From NCBI GenBank assembly GCA_015075075.1, contig JABTVA010000003.1:38619-102618 (forward strand): a stretch of 64,000 nucleotides of DNA, written 5' to 3'. The notes under the pieces were generated by a model. That model was not told where the DNA came from. It did no database searches and worked only from the letters and a program-made list of their open reading frames with translations. The translations under genes were made by a program, and so were the position numbers. The stretch is from Deltaproteobacteria bacterium (GTDB lineage: Bacteria > Desulfobacterota > GWC2-55-46). Of the stretch, positions 42,056 to 55,253 are shown piece by piece. Position 1 is the stretch's first letter; every line of letters starts with the position of its first letter.

Positions 42056-42146
42056 GTCATTGCGAGGGACTTTAGTCCCGAAGCAATCTCATGCACTTTA
42101 CGGAAATATGTGAGATTGCCGCGGCGCTGAAGCGCCTCGCAATGAC
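42056..42146. repeat. Family-B hairpin repeat
   Basis: GTCATTGCGAGGGACTTTAGTCCCGAAGCAATCTCATGC...GAGATTGCCGCGGCGCTGAAGCGCCTCGCAATGAC. Confidence 0.75.
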
Positions 42147-42182
42147 TGCAATCGGTTAATCTCCCCTGCCCCCTTGTATAAT

Positions 42183-42367
42183 GCTTGAGTAACGCCTTAC
42201 GTTAATAGATATTGATATCCATACGCAACAGGATGTGACAGCCCGTCTTCCCTGGTCGCAGGAGGCCGTTAAAGAGCGTGTGGCGTCGCATCCATTCCTT
42301 AATGAGCCTGAACAGTTGTCAGGGCCAAAGCCCGCATCAGCAAGGCCGGGACAGAAAAGGAGGAACT
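42183..42367 (+). ncRNA. Candidate IS110-type guide (bridge/seek-like) RNA in the left non-coding arm
   Basis: Non-coding, downstream of TATAAT 42177-42182. Stems by eye: 42190-42194/42200-42204, 42231-42239/42285-42293, 42251-42254/42259-42262, 42307-42311/42319-42323. Loop motifs match the target and the element end (see findings). Confidence 0.45.
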
Positions 42368-43309
<942 letters not shown>

Positions 43310-43324
43310 CACCGAACACAGTTG

Positions 43325-43420
43325 CTCTTTAGGAAAGAGGGGGAACCCATTTAATTCCTGCTTGCCTTCAATCTCCCCCTTTCCTAAAGGGGGATGAAGG
43401 GGATTATAAATGAATGCGTT
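43325..43420. repeat. Family-C repeat (right half of the IS-interrupted hairpin plus CCCCCTTTCCTAAAGGGGG module)
   Basis: CTCTTTAGGAAAGAGGGGG...TCCCCCTTTCCTAAAGGGGGATGAAGGGGATTATAAATGAATGCG. Confidence 0.65.
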
Positions 43421-43431
43421 ATGATACTGCC

Positions 43432-43522
43432 GTCATTGCGAGGGACTTTAGTCCCGAAGCAATCTCATGCACTTTACGGAAATATGTGAGATTGCCACGG
43501 CGCTGAAGCGCCTCGCAATGAC
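43432..43522. repeat. Family-B hairpin repeat
   Basis: Differs from 42056-42146 at one position (GCCACGG vs GCCGCGG). Confidence 0.75.
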
Positions 43523-43550
43523 TGCAATCGGTTAATCTCCCCTTTCCCCT

Positions 43551-44703
<1,153 letters not shown>

Positions 44704-44830
44704 CTCTTTAAAAAAGAGGGGGACCCCCATAATCTCCACCTTAGAAAAGGCCGGGACCAGGAATTTCCCCCTTTGGAAAAGGGGGATGAAGGGGGATTAT
44801 ATTAATGATGCGCGGAGCGCACCCTGAATT
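44704..44830. repeat. Family-C multi-hairpin repeat
   Basis: CTCTTTAAAAAAGAGGGGG...CCCCCTTTGGAAAAGGGGGATGAAGGGGGATTATATTAATGATGCGCGGAGCGCACC. Confidence 0.65.
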
Positions 44831-44850
44831 CCTGCCTTGCCGTCCGTATG

Positions 44851-45861
44851 CTACTGGCAGGAATCCGTGTCCCACTCCTGAATCCCGGAATCGTATTCAT
44901 ATACGGCGTCACCGTCCGTGTCTGCTTCAATGCGGTATTGCGTCTCCGACAGCACCGTAAGCCGCGCTTTCGTAGGCCCGCTTCCCGCATCCGCCCCGGT
45001 AAAGACGAGGACGCCGTTCGACGGCCAGTCGCTTCCGTTATTGAATCTGAGGGCGACCTGGGTGGAAAAGGTAATATAACCGTAGTCGGGATGATAGAAA
45101 CGCCCTCCGGTGATGGATTCTTCTATATAAGTATCGTAATCCCTGAAAGTCATGTTAAGGTCTTCCAGCCAGTAAACTGCCGTGCTGCCGGTTTCCTTGA
45201 TGAGCAGGGTCATCTCGACCGGGGCCGGGACAACCGAGAAATCATAGGAAATGTCGCCTGAAACCGTCTGCGAATCGCCGCATGGGGTGGTGAGGACGAC
45301 ATTACGGAGAGTGAAGCCCAGGTTTATGATCTCGAAGAGATAGTTCAGCTGCCCGGAGAAGCTTGCATTACCCGAATATGTGTATCCGTCATAGCAATAA
45401 TTGACGAAGGATATGGTCCCGTAATAGCTCCCGTCGAGGGTGTTGATATTCTCGTAAAAAACCGCGTATCCGGGGTCCTCCGGGCAATTGCCGGGAGTGG
45501 AAGTAGTATAGGAGTAAATGGCCCTGGAGTCCCCGGCCGCAGGAGACGCCTCATGATCCCGCGCCATCTCCTCCAGCATCCTGGACACCATCAGATACAG
45601 CTGCTGCCCGGACTGTTTATTGGCCCCATCCGCGCTCAGTGACGCTACCCCGCCAAGCGTGCTTGGGCCGCTCCCCTGCATGGCCCCCGAGGAAAGCTCG
45701 CCGGAATTGGATTCCGTGATGCTCGCCTCGGTGGTAAGCCCGGCGTATGTAATGGAAGGCCCCTCGGCGGTGTCGCCGCCGCCCCCGCACGAGGCCAGGA
45801 TAAAGATACAGAATATAAGGAAGCTTACCGATGCGCTTGTCCCTCTGGCGAATCCCCTCAT
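44851..45861 (-). CDS. Lipoprotein of unknown function
   Basis: Lipobox FILASCGGG after a hydrophobic signal. 336 aa, Ser/Gly/Thr/Tyr-rich, probably beta-rich. No motif recognised. Confidence 0.65.
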   Translation of the reverse strand: MRGFARGTSASVSFLIFCIFILASCGGGGDTAEGPSITYAGLTTEASITESNSGELSSGAMQGSGPSTLGGVASLSADGANKQSGQQLYLMVSRMLEEMARDHEASPAAGDSRAIYSYTTSTPGNCPEDPGYAVFYENINTLDGSYYGTISFVNYCYDGYTYSGNASFSGQLNYLFEIINLGFTLRNVVLTTPCGDSQTVSGDISYDFSVVPAPVEMTLLIKETGSTAVYWLEDLNMTFRDYDTYIEESITGGRFYHPDYGYITFSTQVALRFNNGSDWPSNGVLVFTGADAGSGPTKARLTVLSETQYRIEADTDGDAVYEYDSGIQEWDTDSCQ

Positions 45862-45985
45862 GTCTTCCTCCCCGGTGAAAAGAATCTGGCTGCGCTGGCT
45901 AAACCCGCTTACAGATATATCAGTTCAGGCTGGTTGTCAACAGGATATATTGAGGCCGGATATTCAGGGAAGGGCCTGATCAATC

Positions 45986-46105
45986 TGATGGTGCGCACAG
46001 CGCACCCTACGCGACTCTTTTAAGAAAAAGGGGCAACTATTTTCCCCCTTTTCTAAAGGGGGACGTAGGGGGATTAGATTAATGATGCGCGGAGCGCACA
46101 CTACT
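45986..46105. repeat. Family-C multi-hairpin repeat
   Basis: GGTGCGCACAGCGCACCCTAC ... TCCCCCTTTTCTAAAGGGGGACGTAGGGGGATTAGATTAATGATGCGCGGAGCGCAC. Confidence 0.65.
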
Positions 46106-46156
46106 ACTGCTTACGCCCCCTCACCCCTGCCCTCTCCCGCAAGGGGAGAGGGTAAA

Positions 46157-46220
46157 CCTCCCCTCTCCATTGTTTAATCAGGCGGGAGGGGATAAAGGGG
46201 GAGGGTGATGCTTCAATCAC
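46157..46220. repeat. Family-E repeat
   Basis: Near-identical to 41960-42022. Confidence 0.65.
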
Positions 46221-46254
46221 TACCACGCACTGGAAGTTATCGCCTGGCGCTACC

Positions 46255-46392
46255 GCCATCGCGAGGGACTTCAGTCCCGAAGCGATCTCATGCGCTTACG
46301 GAAGCATGTGAGATTGCCACGGCGCTAAAGCGCCTCGCAATGACGGCAATCGGGTAATCTCCCCTGCCCCCTCTTAGGAAAGAGGGGCAGGA
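46255..46392. repeat. Family-B hairpin followed by an intact (unoccupied) family-C target hairpin
   Basis: GCCATCGCGAGGGACTTCAGTCCC...CCTCGCAATGACGGCAATCGGGTAATCTCCCCTGCCCCCTCTTAGGAAAGAGGGGCAGG. Same architecture as the flanks of both IS copies, but without an IS. Confidence 0.7.
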
Positions 46393-46452
46393 AACAAAAA
46401 ATCGGGGCAGGCTTATTAGCCTGCCCCCTTTGTGCTTGTTTCAGACTGCGGA

Positions 46453-47802
46453 TTAGAACTTGGCTGTTACCTGGAGATATGCCCAGTCCTGGTCCTCGTT
46501 GTTGGCTCCTGCACCGGCCTCAACGAAGTCGCCGACAAAGAACCTGGAAAGGCCGGCCTCGATGGCTACATTGTTGTTGTACTTGTAGGTGGCCACGAGG
46601 TCTACTTCACTGCCGACCTTCTTTGAGCCACTGGTGTTCAGAGTGGCATTGCGAACCGGGTCAGCAGCTGGGCCAGCAGCGGCCGGGGCATTATTCCACT
46701 GACCTGCGCTGTACCAGTGGTCAGTAGTTTCAGCACGCCTGAAATCCCAGTACGCAGCATAGACCCTGAGCTTCTCGGAGACATCCGCCGAGAGGTTGAG
46801 GTTCCACGCGCTCACGTTCCTCCAGCCCTGGAGGTCCATATAGCCGAGCTTGTTATGGTTGGTGGGGAAGAGGTTCGAGAAGGTCTCGCTGTCGCTGCCA
46901 GCGGTGGTGTCGTCATCGCCGGTGGCATAGTTATACTCTGCGCCGAGCCTGAGGTTCATGGGAGCGCCAGGGATGGTGTAGCCGGCCTTGGCGGCAAGGG
47001 CCCAAGCCTGTATGTCAGTATTGCCTATCTCGCCGAACTGGTAGGGGAGCTCGACGGTGTAGTCGAGGCCTGCGGCAGAGCCCGCGAGCCTGGCGCCGAT
47101 TGTGTAGAGCTTCTGTGATCCCGTGATTGTGCCAAAGGTGCTGTTATTGGCTATCATGGCTGTGGTGTGCAAGCCATCCCTCAGGAGAAGAAGATAGAGG
47201 TCGAGGGTGTTGTTCGGCACTGCCTTGGTGGTGGCGTAGATGCCGTAGAAGTCCTGGTCATTGTCAACCGTGCCGCCAGCGGGATTGCTCTCACGTATCT
47301 TCGAGGCGAATATGTCCACATTGGCGAGGTCGGTGGTGACCATTGCTTTCACGGCGTCAAAAGACCTGCCGTTGTTCGACCAGCCGAAGGTGCCTATGAG
47401 CCTCTCGTCGCCATAGGAGAGTTCCTGGCGGCCTATCCTCAGGGAGACGGGCGACTCAAGAAGGTTGGTGATATTAACATAAGACTCGTGCAGGTCGAGG
47501 GTGTTATCACCGCTGTCGGTGAGGTTCGGCCCACCGGCAGCTGCCTGAGCCGCGCCCCAGTTCCTGGTGTCCTGGAGGGTTACTTTGAACGAAATGTCGT
47601 CGCTGGCCTGGGCATTCGCGGTAAGCCTGACCCTCTGGCCGATGAAGCTCTGCGTCGAGGTGTTATCCACGAAAGTCACATTGTCTCTCCACTCGCCCCT
47701 GACCCTTACTTCTCCGCCAAATGTCACATCAGCCGCACTCGCGGGAACCGTCCATGCCACGGCCACCGCAGCCGCAAATACAGACAACAAGATTCTCTTC
47801 AT
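46453..47802 (-). CDS. Outer-membrane beta-barrel porin, alginate-export (AlgE-like) family
   Basis: Signal MKRILLSVFAAAVAVAWTVPASA; VRVRGEW..RVRL..LQDTRNWG..LDLHESYV..LRIGRQELSYGDERLIGTFGWSNNGRSFDA; C-terminal ..LQVTAKF. Start moved to ATG 47802. Confidence 0.75.
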   Translation of the reverse strand: MKRILLSVFAAAVAVAWTVPASAADVTFGGEVRVRGEWRDNVTFVDNTSTQSFIGQRVRLTANAQASDDISFKVTLQDTRNWGAAQAAAGGPNLTDSGDNTLDLHESYVNITNLLESPVSLRIGRQELSYGDERLIGTFGWSNNGRSFDAVKAMVTTDLANVDIFASKIRESNPAGGTVDNDQDFYGIYATTKAVPNNTLDLYLLLLRDGLHTTAMIANNSTFGTITGSQKLYTIGARLAGSAAGLDYTVELPYQFGEIGNTDIQAWALAAKAGYTIPGAPMNLRLGAEYNYATGDDDTTAGSDSETFSNLFPTNHNKLGYMDLQGWRNVSAWNLNLSADVSEKLRVYAAYWDFRRAETTDHWYSAGQWNNAPAAAGPAADPVRNATLNTSGSKKVGSEVDLVATYKYNNNVAIEAGLSRFFVGDFVEAGAGANNEDQDWAYLQVTAKF

Positions 47803-48226
47803 CCGTCTCTTCCTCCTTCTTCTGTGTGAGTTAGTACTGCACTCTGCGTTATAAACGCATGCTCGCATGCGTTAGGGCTCAGCATCAACGGTGCGCGAAG
47901 ATTCCTAAAGAGACTCTTGCCTTGCTATCCGTCGGTGCGCGCGGCGCACCGGCTTATCTTTTTTGCGTTTTCTTTTTTTTCGGGAGCCGCTTGCAGTTTC
48001 GTCATTCGTGTTGACACCAACTTCAGCTTCGCTACGGTACGGCTTAGTCAGACTTGACTGAGACTGGACTTCGGGAACTCCTCGCCTAAATCGGCAAGGC
48101 CTGGTCGGATTTTGGCTTATTTTTGACGACGTTATACAACACCCGGAATATGCTGTCAAGCATTTTAGTTAAAAAATCTTGAAAAAATCATTAAATCGTA
48201 AAAATGAGAACCTGCCGGTATCTTAT

Positions 48227-48312
48227 GTCACTGCAAGGGACGCATCTCCCGAAGCGATCTCAGGCTTTTATTTGCAAGAGATTGCCACGGCGCTTAAGCT
48301 CCTCGCAATGAC
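48227..48312. repeat. Family-B hairpin repeat
   Basis: GTCACTGCAAGGGACGCATCTCCCGAAGCGATCTCAGG...GAGATTGCCACGGCGCTTAAGCTCCTCGCAATGAC. Confidence 0.7.
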
Positions 48313-48314
48313 AG

Positions 48315-48535
48315 CATCGGATAATCTCCCCTGCCCCCTCTTTAAAAAAGAGGGGGGTTTCCCCCTTTTCTAAAGGGGGATGAAGGGGGATTATATAAGT
48401 GGTGCGCACAGCGCACCCTACGATTCCTAAATCGAGATTGCTCTCCCTGTCCTCTTTAAAAGAGGGGGTTTCTTCAAAGGGGATGAAGGAGGATTATATA
48501 AGTGGTGCGCACAGCGCACCCTACTATTCCTAAAA
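48315..48535. repeat. Two tandem family-C units (each about 110 bp)
   Basis: Each unit has a CCCTCTTT(A)nAGAGGGG hairpin, a CCCC(T)nC..AAAGGGG hairpin, GATGAAGG(G)GGATTATATAAGT, and GGTGCGCACAGCGCACCCTAC. Confidence 0.7.
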
Positions 48536-48625
48536 CGAGATTGCTTCGTCGTTTCACTCCTCGCAATGACGGCAAAAAGAGAAGCAATCTGGGCTTCCCC
48601 CAGGCAATAACGAAAATGCGCGCGC

Positions 48626-49591
48626 CTAAACAACTCCCGCCTTCAGGAGGTCGTGCATGTGGACGACGCCGATGGTGGCGCCGTCCTCGCCCGTGACGAA
48701 TAGCGAAGTTATGGAGTGCTCCTCCATCATGCGGAGCGCGGCCTCGGCGAGAGAGTCGCCCGGAATGGTCTTGGGGCTCCCGTGCATCACCTCTCCGGCT
48801 GAAAGGCCCATTATGTCCGCGCCCTTCTCAAGCGCCCTCCGTAGGTCTCCGTCGGTTATGACGCCCGCGAGCCTCTCGCCCTCGAAGACGCCCGTAAGGC
48901 CCATGCGCTTCGCGGTCATCTCGAATATCGCGTCCTTCATCGACGCGCCGGGGCCGACTTTAGGCATGGCCGCGCCGCTGTGCATGAGCTCGGAGACCTT
49001 CTGGAGCTTCCTCCCGAGGCTCCCTGCAGGGTGGAGCCCGGCAAAGTCCTCGACCCTGAACCCCTTCTTCTCTATGAGGGCCACCGCGAGCGCGTCGCCC
49101 ATCGCGAGCGTGGCGGTAGTGGAGGCGGTCGGCGCAAGCCCGAGCGGGCAGGCCTCCTCAGCCACTCCCACGTCGAGGACCGCGTCGCCGTGGCGGGCAA
49201 GGGTTGAGTCCTTCCGCCCGGTCATGGCTATCATCTTAAGCCCCATCCTCTTTACGATGGGTATTATCTTTATAAGCTCTTCGGTTTCGCCGGAATTCGA
49301 GATGGCTATGAGGACGTCGGTCTTCATGAGCATCCCGAGGTCTCCGTGGACGCCCTCTGCGGGGTGGAGGAAAAAGGAGGGCGTGCCGGTTGACGCGAGC
49401 GTGGAGGCTATCTTCTGCCCTATGATGCCGGATTTGCCCATGCCGCATACCACGACCTTGCCCGAAGCGGCGCAGATGATGTCAACGGCCCTTGCGAAGT
49501 CCGCATCGAGCCTCTCTATGAGCGCCCTCACGGCCTCGGCCTCGATGGCGAGCACCCTTTTCGCGGTCTCTATGGCGTCTTTGGTCAGCAT
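48626..49591 (-). CDS. kdsD: Arabinose-5-phosphate isomerase (SIS plus 2xCBS)
   Basis: GKVVVCGMGKSGIIGQKIASTLASTGTPSFFLHPAEGVHGDLGM; C-terminal CBS pair. Start set at MLTKDAIE, because the upstream 44 codons run through a repeat. Confidence 0.88.
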   Translation of the reverse strand: MLTKDAIETAKRVLAIEAEAVRALIERLDADFARAVDIICAASGKVVVCGMGKSGIIGQKIASTLASTGTPSFFLHPAEGVHGDLGMLMKTDVLIAISNSGETEELIKIIPIVKRMGLKMIAMTGRKDSTLARHGDAVLDVGVAEEACPLGLAPTASTTATLAMGDALAVALIEKKGFRVEDFAGLHPAGSLGRKLQKVSELMHSGAAMPKVGPGASMKDAIFEMTAKRMGLTGVFEGERLAGVITDGDLRRALEKGADIMGLSAGEVMHGSPKTIPGDSLAEAALRMMEEHSITSLFVTGEDGATIGVVHMHDLLKAGVV

Positions 49592-49628
49592 ACGGATCTG
49601 CCGCCTTTTCCAAAACAGGATTTCAACA

Positions 49629-49732
49629 TAATCTCCCCTGCCCCTCTTTAAAAAAGAGAGGGAGTTTCCCCCTTTTCTAAAGGGGGACATAGGGGGATTA
49701 TATGAATGGTGCGCACAGCGCACCCTACTACG
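49629..49732. repeat. Family-C multi-hairpin repeat between kdsA and kdsD
   Basis: TAATCTCCCCTGCCCCTCTTTAAAAAAGAGAGGG..CCCCCTTTTCTAAAGGGGGACATAGGGGGATTATATGAATGGTGCGCACAGCGCACCCTAC. Confidence 0.7.
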
Positions 49733-49789
49733 ACACTCATTCTAATGGAGCGAGCGGATTTTAAAATGATAAAAAGCAGGTTTTCAGGA

Positions 49790-52352
<2,563 letters not shown>

Positions 52353-52627
52353 CTATAACCTGAAACCGCCCCTGATTTGAACTACTTTTTACGGCTTACT
52401 CTCATTTATTTTGTCATGTACCCCCGGCAAAACCGTGGGCTTGAAAATACGCCCCTCAAAGGAGCTAAATACTGACTGCAAGACTTCCCCTCCCTTGATG
52501 GGAGGGGATTGAGGGGAGGGTGAAAATCATTCAGCCCTCCACAAGCCAGGCATGAGATTTTGCAAATACGACCACAGCTATTCCCGGAACTGGAAAAATT
52601 TGCGAGTCTCCGGGCAGAGCCGGGGGA

Positions 52628-53362
52628 TTACCCGTGATTAATTAACGCCCGCACCCTCTCCAGGTCTTCGGGGGTGTCCACGGAAATGGGATTATAATCC
52701 ACCTCCGCCACCTTTATCCTGAACCCGTTCTCAAGGGCGCGGAGCTGCTCAAGCATCTCGGTATTCTCAAGTGGCGCGGGCTTAAGCCGCGTGAACTCGA
52801 AGAGCGCGTCCCGCCTGTAAACGTAAAGACCTATGTGCTTGAAGGGCGGGGAATGAAGCTCTTTAAAAGTAGTGCGGCCCGCCGGGATGGGGCTCCGGGA
52901 AAAATAGAGGGCGTTCCCGTCCCTGTCCGTCACCACCTTTACCGCGTTCGGGTTCCGGTACTCTTCTTCCGTGGTTATCCTTGTCTTGAGCGTGGAGATG
53001 CGGACTTCAGGGTCGTCGAGCATGGGGCGGATGGCGGCGTCTATGCAGCTGGGGTCTATAAGGGGCTCGTCCCCCTGGAGGTTTACGATAATTTCGGCGT
53101 CGGTTGAAAGGGCGGCCTCTGCAACCCTGTCGGTGCCGGATGCGTGCGAGGCCGAGGTCATGACAGCCCTGCCGCCCAGGGAATGGACCGCCTTCAAGAT
53201 CCGCTCGTCGTCTGTAGCAACGGAAACCTCATTCGGGAGGCCCGCCGCCTTCGCCCTCTCGTATACCCGCCAGACCATCGGCTTTCCGTTTATGTCGGCA
53301 AGGGGCTTTCCTTCCAGGCGGGTGGATGCGTGCCTGGCCGGGATTATGACGGCGATTTTCAT
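52628..53362 (-). CDS. kdsB: 3-deoxy-manno-octulosonate cytidylyltransferase
   Basis: [47 protein letters not shown]. Confidence 0.92.
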   Translation of the reverse strand: MKIAVIIPARHASTRLEGKPLADINGKPMVWRVYERAKAAGLPNEVSVATDDERILKAVHSLGGRAVMTSASHASGTDRVAEAALSTDAEIIVNLQGDEPLIDPSCIDAAIRPMLDDPEVRISTLKTRITTEEEYRNPNAVKVVTDRDGNALYFSRSPIPAGRTTFKELHSPPFKHIGLYVYRRDALFEFTRLKPAPLENTEMLEQLRALENGFRIKVAEVDYNPISVDTPEDLERVRALINHG

Positions 53363-53550
53363 TCACGCCAATATATCAAAACGGGTTTTGAAGTCAATAG
53401 GGCAGGACTGGGGTTTTGGGGGATTTTCCCCTCCCCCTCGATGAGGGAGGCCGGGCGGGGGTGAAGGACAATTCCCCTTCTGCCCGGGTGTGGGGGTGAA
53501 GAAAAACATTCTTTGCGGGACCTGCTCGGGGCAGACTGCGCATATCGGTC

Positions 53551-53614
53551 GTCATTGCGAGGGACTTTAGTCCCGAAGCAATCTCAGGTATCTTCCGAGT
53601 CGAGTTGCTTGAGC
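53551..53614. repeat. Family-B hairpin repeat, left arm with a degenerate right part
   Basis: GTCATTGCGAGGGACTTTAGTCCCGAAGCAATCTCAGG... Confidence 0.55.
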
Positions 53615-53712
53615 CCCCATCATTATATATAGGTGAGCGCCGGGGTTCCCTGGGCCGCCCTGCACCCGGACATTCGCGTTGACACTAAACAGGCGCTGTG
53701 ATATTTTTTTAA

Positions 53713-53786
53713 GGAAACTTCTAAAATTTAGAGATTTTTCTCGCAATCGAGGAAGGCCGGGGAGAAGATCAATTTTTAGAGGTTGC
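53713..53786. repeat. Family-A element with an internal deletion (74 bp)
   Basis: GGAAACTTCTAAAATTTAGAGATTTTTCTCGC..GGAAGGCCGGGGAGAAGATCAATTTTTAGAGGTTGC. Lacks the inner AATAAAAAGCGGAGCATATATG core. Confidence 0.65.
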
Positions 53787-53820
53787 CTGAAGTGCACTTC
53801 CTTTCAATCCGACCTCCAAA

Positions 53821-53908
53821 GCCGGAGTGGTGAAACTGGCAGACGCGCGGGACTCAAAATCCCGTGGGGTATCCCCCCGTGCGGGTTCGACCCCCGCCTC
53901 CGGCACCA
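53821..53908 (+). tRNA. tRNA-Leu(CAA)
   Basis: Acceptor GCCGGAG/CTCCGGC plus A-CCA; anticodon arm CGGGA-CTCAAAA-TCCCG; long variable arm; T arm GCGGG-TTCGACC-CCCGC. Confidence 0.9.
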
Positions 53909-53987
53909 GATTACTTTCTTTCTAAAAAATGGTGGGTACAGACTATCCCACAATACTGGTTGTTCTGCACTAGTGAGAAAAAAACAA

Positions 53988-55253
53988 ATGAAATCTGAAT
54001 TGAATCAAATCGATAAAAAAAAGTATAAGATGAACATTAAGCAACTACTCGAACCCAAACCAGGGATGGTCAATAAGGCAAAAAGATTTCTTAAAGAAAT
54101 TATTGCTATAAGTTTCTGGATCTATGTCTTTGTAAAGTTATTTGTTTTTGACCTTGATGTTTTCCTAGTAAATAGGTTCGCGCCCGAGTATATTTGGCTG
54201 ACAAATCTTAAGTTTTTTATAATATTAGCAGTTCTGGCCATAATTTGGCTAGTTTCAAAAAATAAAAATATATTTTTTTGGAGTATGTATATTATTTTTT
54301 ATCCTGCAATATTATTTTTCTGGAAATTTTTTTTTTATTTTTTAAACAAAAAGCTGGTCTTTGCATTCGCCTCTATAAACGCGTTAATATCTTTCTTTAT
54401 ATCAATAAAATACAATTTTATAATAATTGCAACTTTCATAATTTCCTTGGCAATTATTTTTTATTTTTCCAATGTGATAATTATATGGTGTGCTATTTTT
54501 GCGCTTTCAATGCTTTTGTTTGTCATATATGTCCATAGATTGCTTTTAATTTTTAAACCAGCGGCAATATTCCAATTATATTCAAAAATATTTTCTGCGA
54601 TGCGCGAGCATGCACAATCTTCATTTGTCTTAGATGAAAATATGAAAGCACAGCCAATTGAGAAATTAGATCAAAAACAATTAGAAAAATGGACAGCCAA
54701 TCTTCAGACTGCAGTTCTTTTTAATCGGATATGCCTTTTCGTTGCTAAAAAATTAAAAAATTATCAAAATAGTGGCCTAAATATTATTTCATATGTTTTA
54801 ACACTTTTACTATTGGTAATTTTTACAACAATTTCGTTCACATTTATCAATTACGGATTATATAAAATCAATAATAATTTTTTTGATATTTCTATTTCTA
54901 ACACACCTTCTCTTTTCATTTTTTTCTATTACAGCTTCAACAATCTACTATTCAACTCTATTCAGGAAATCCAACCAATAGTGCCTATAACACAAACTGT
55001 TTTCATGCTTGAGTCATTTTTTGCTCTATTCCTTATTGTCATCTTTGTCTCACTATTATTGACAGTGAAAAGCAAGAGGCATTCTGATGAGCTTGATAAG
55101 ACTATAGGGAAAATTAACGAGGAAGGAAATTCTTTGGAAAAACTTATTGCTGCTGAATATAATTTGGATATCGAATCTGCAATAAGGGAGCTTGATCGAC
55201 TGAAAGCAGGGTTGGTGGCTTTCATTTATAAACTTTCTAAGAACATTCAATAA
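53988..55253 (+). CDS. Orphan multi-pass membrane protein in an AT-rich islet
   Basis: Start moved to ATG 53988 (MKSELNQ); the track ORF runs back through the tRNA. At least 8 hydrophobic segments, a central soluble stretch and a C-terminal helical tail. AT-rich codon usage unlike the rest of the window. Confidence 0.65.
   Translation: MKSELNQIDKKKYKMNIKQLLEPKPGMVNKAKRFLKEIIAISFWIYVFVKLFVFDLDVFLVNRFAPEYIWLTNLKFFIILAVLAIIWLVSKNKNIFFWSMYIIFYPAILFFWKFFFYFLNKKLVFAFASINALISFFISIKYNFIIIATFIISLAIIFYFSNVIIIWCAIFALSMLLFVIYVHRLLLIFKPAAIFQLYSKIFSAMREHAQSSFVLDENMKAQPIEKLDQKQLEKWTANLQTAVLFNRICLFVAKKLKNYQNSGLNIISYVLTLLLLVIFTTISFTFINYGLYKINNNFFDISISNTPSLFIFFYYSFNNLLFNSIQEIQPIVPITQTVFMLESFFALFLIVIFVSLLLTVKSKRHSDELDKTIGKINEEGNSLEKLIAAEYNLDIESAIRELDRLKAGLVAFIYKLSKNIQ

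Noticed and set aside
49592-49723. 44-codon N-terminal extension of KdsD
   Set aside because: Translates the family-C repeat (..GGTGCGCACAGCGCACC..CCCCCTTTTCTAAAGGGGG..). The KdsD similarity starts at MLTKDAIE.
53679-53987. N-terminal 103 codons of the ORF-track entry 53679-55253
   Set aside because: This part reads through family-A repeat DNA and the complete tRNA-Leu(CAA) gene. The composition change and the first AT-rich in-frame ATG (53988) mark the real start.
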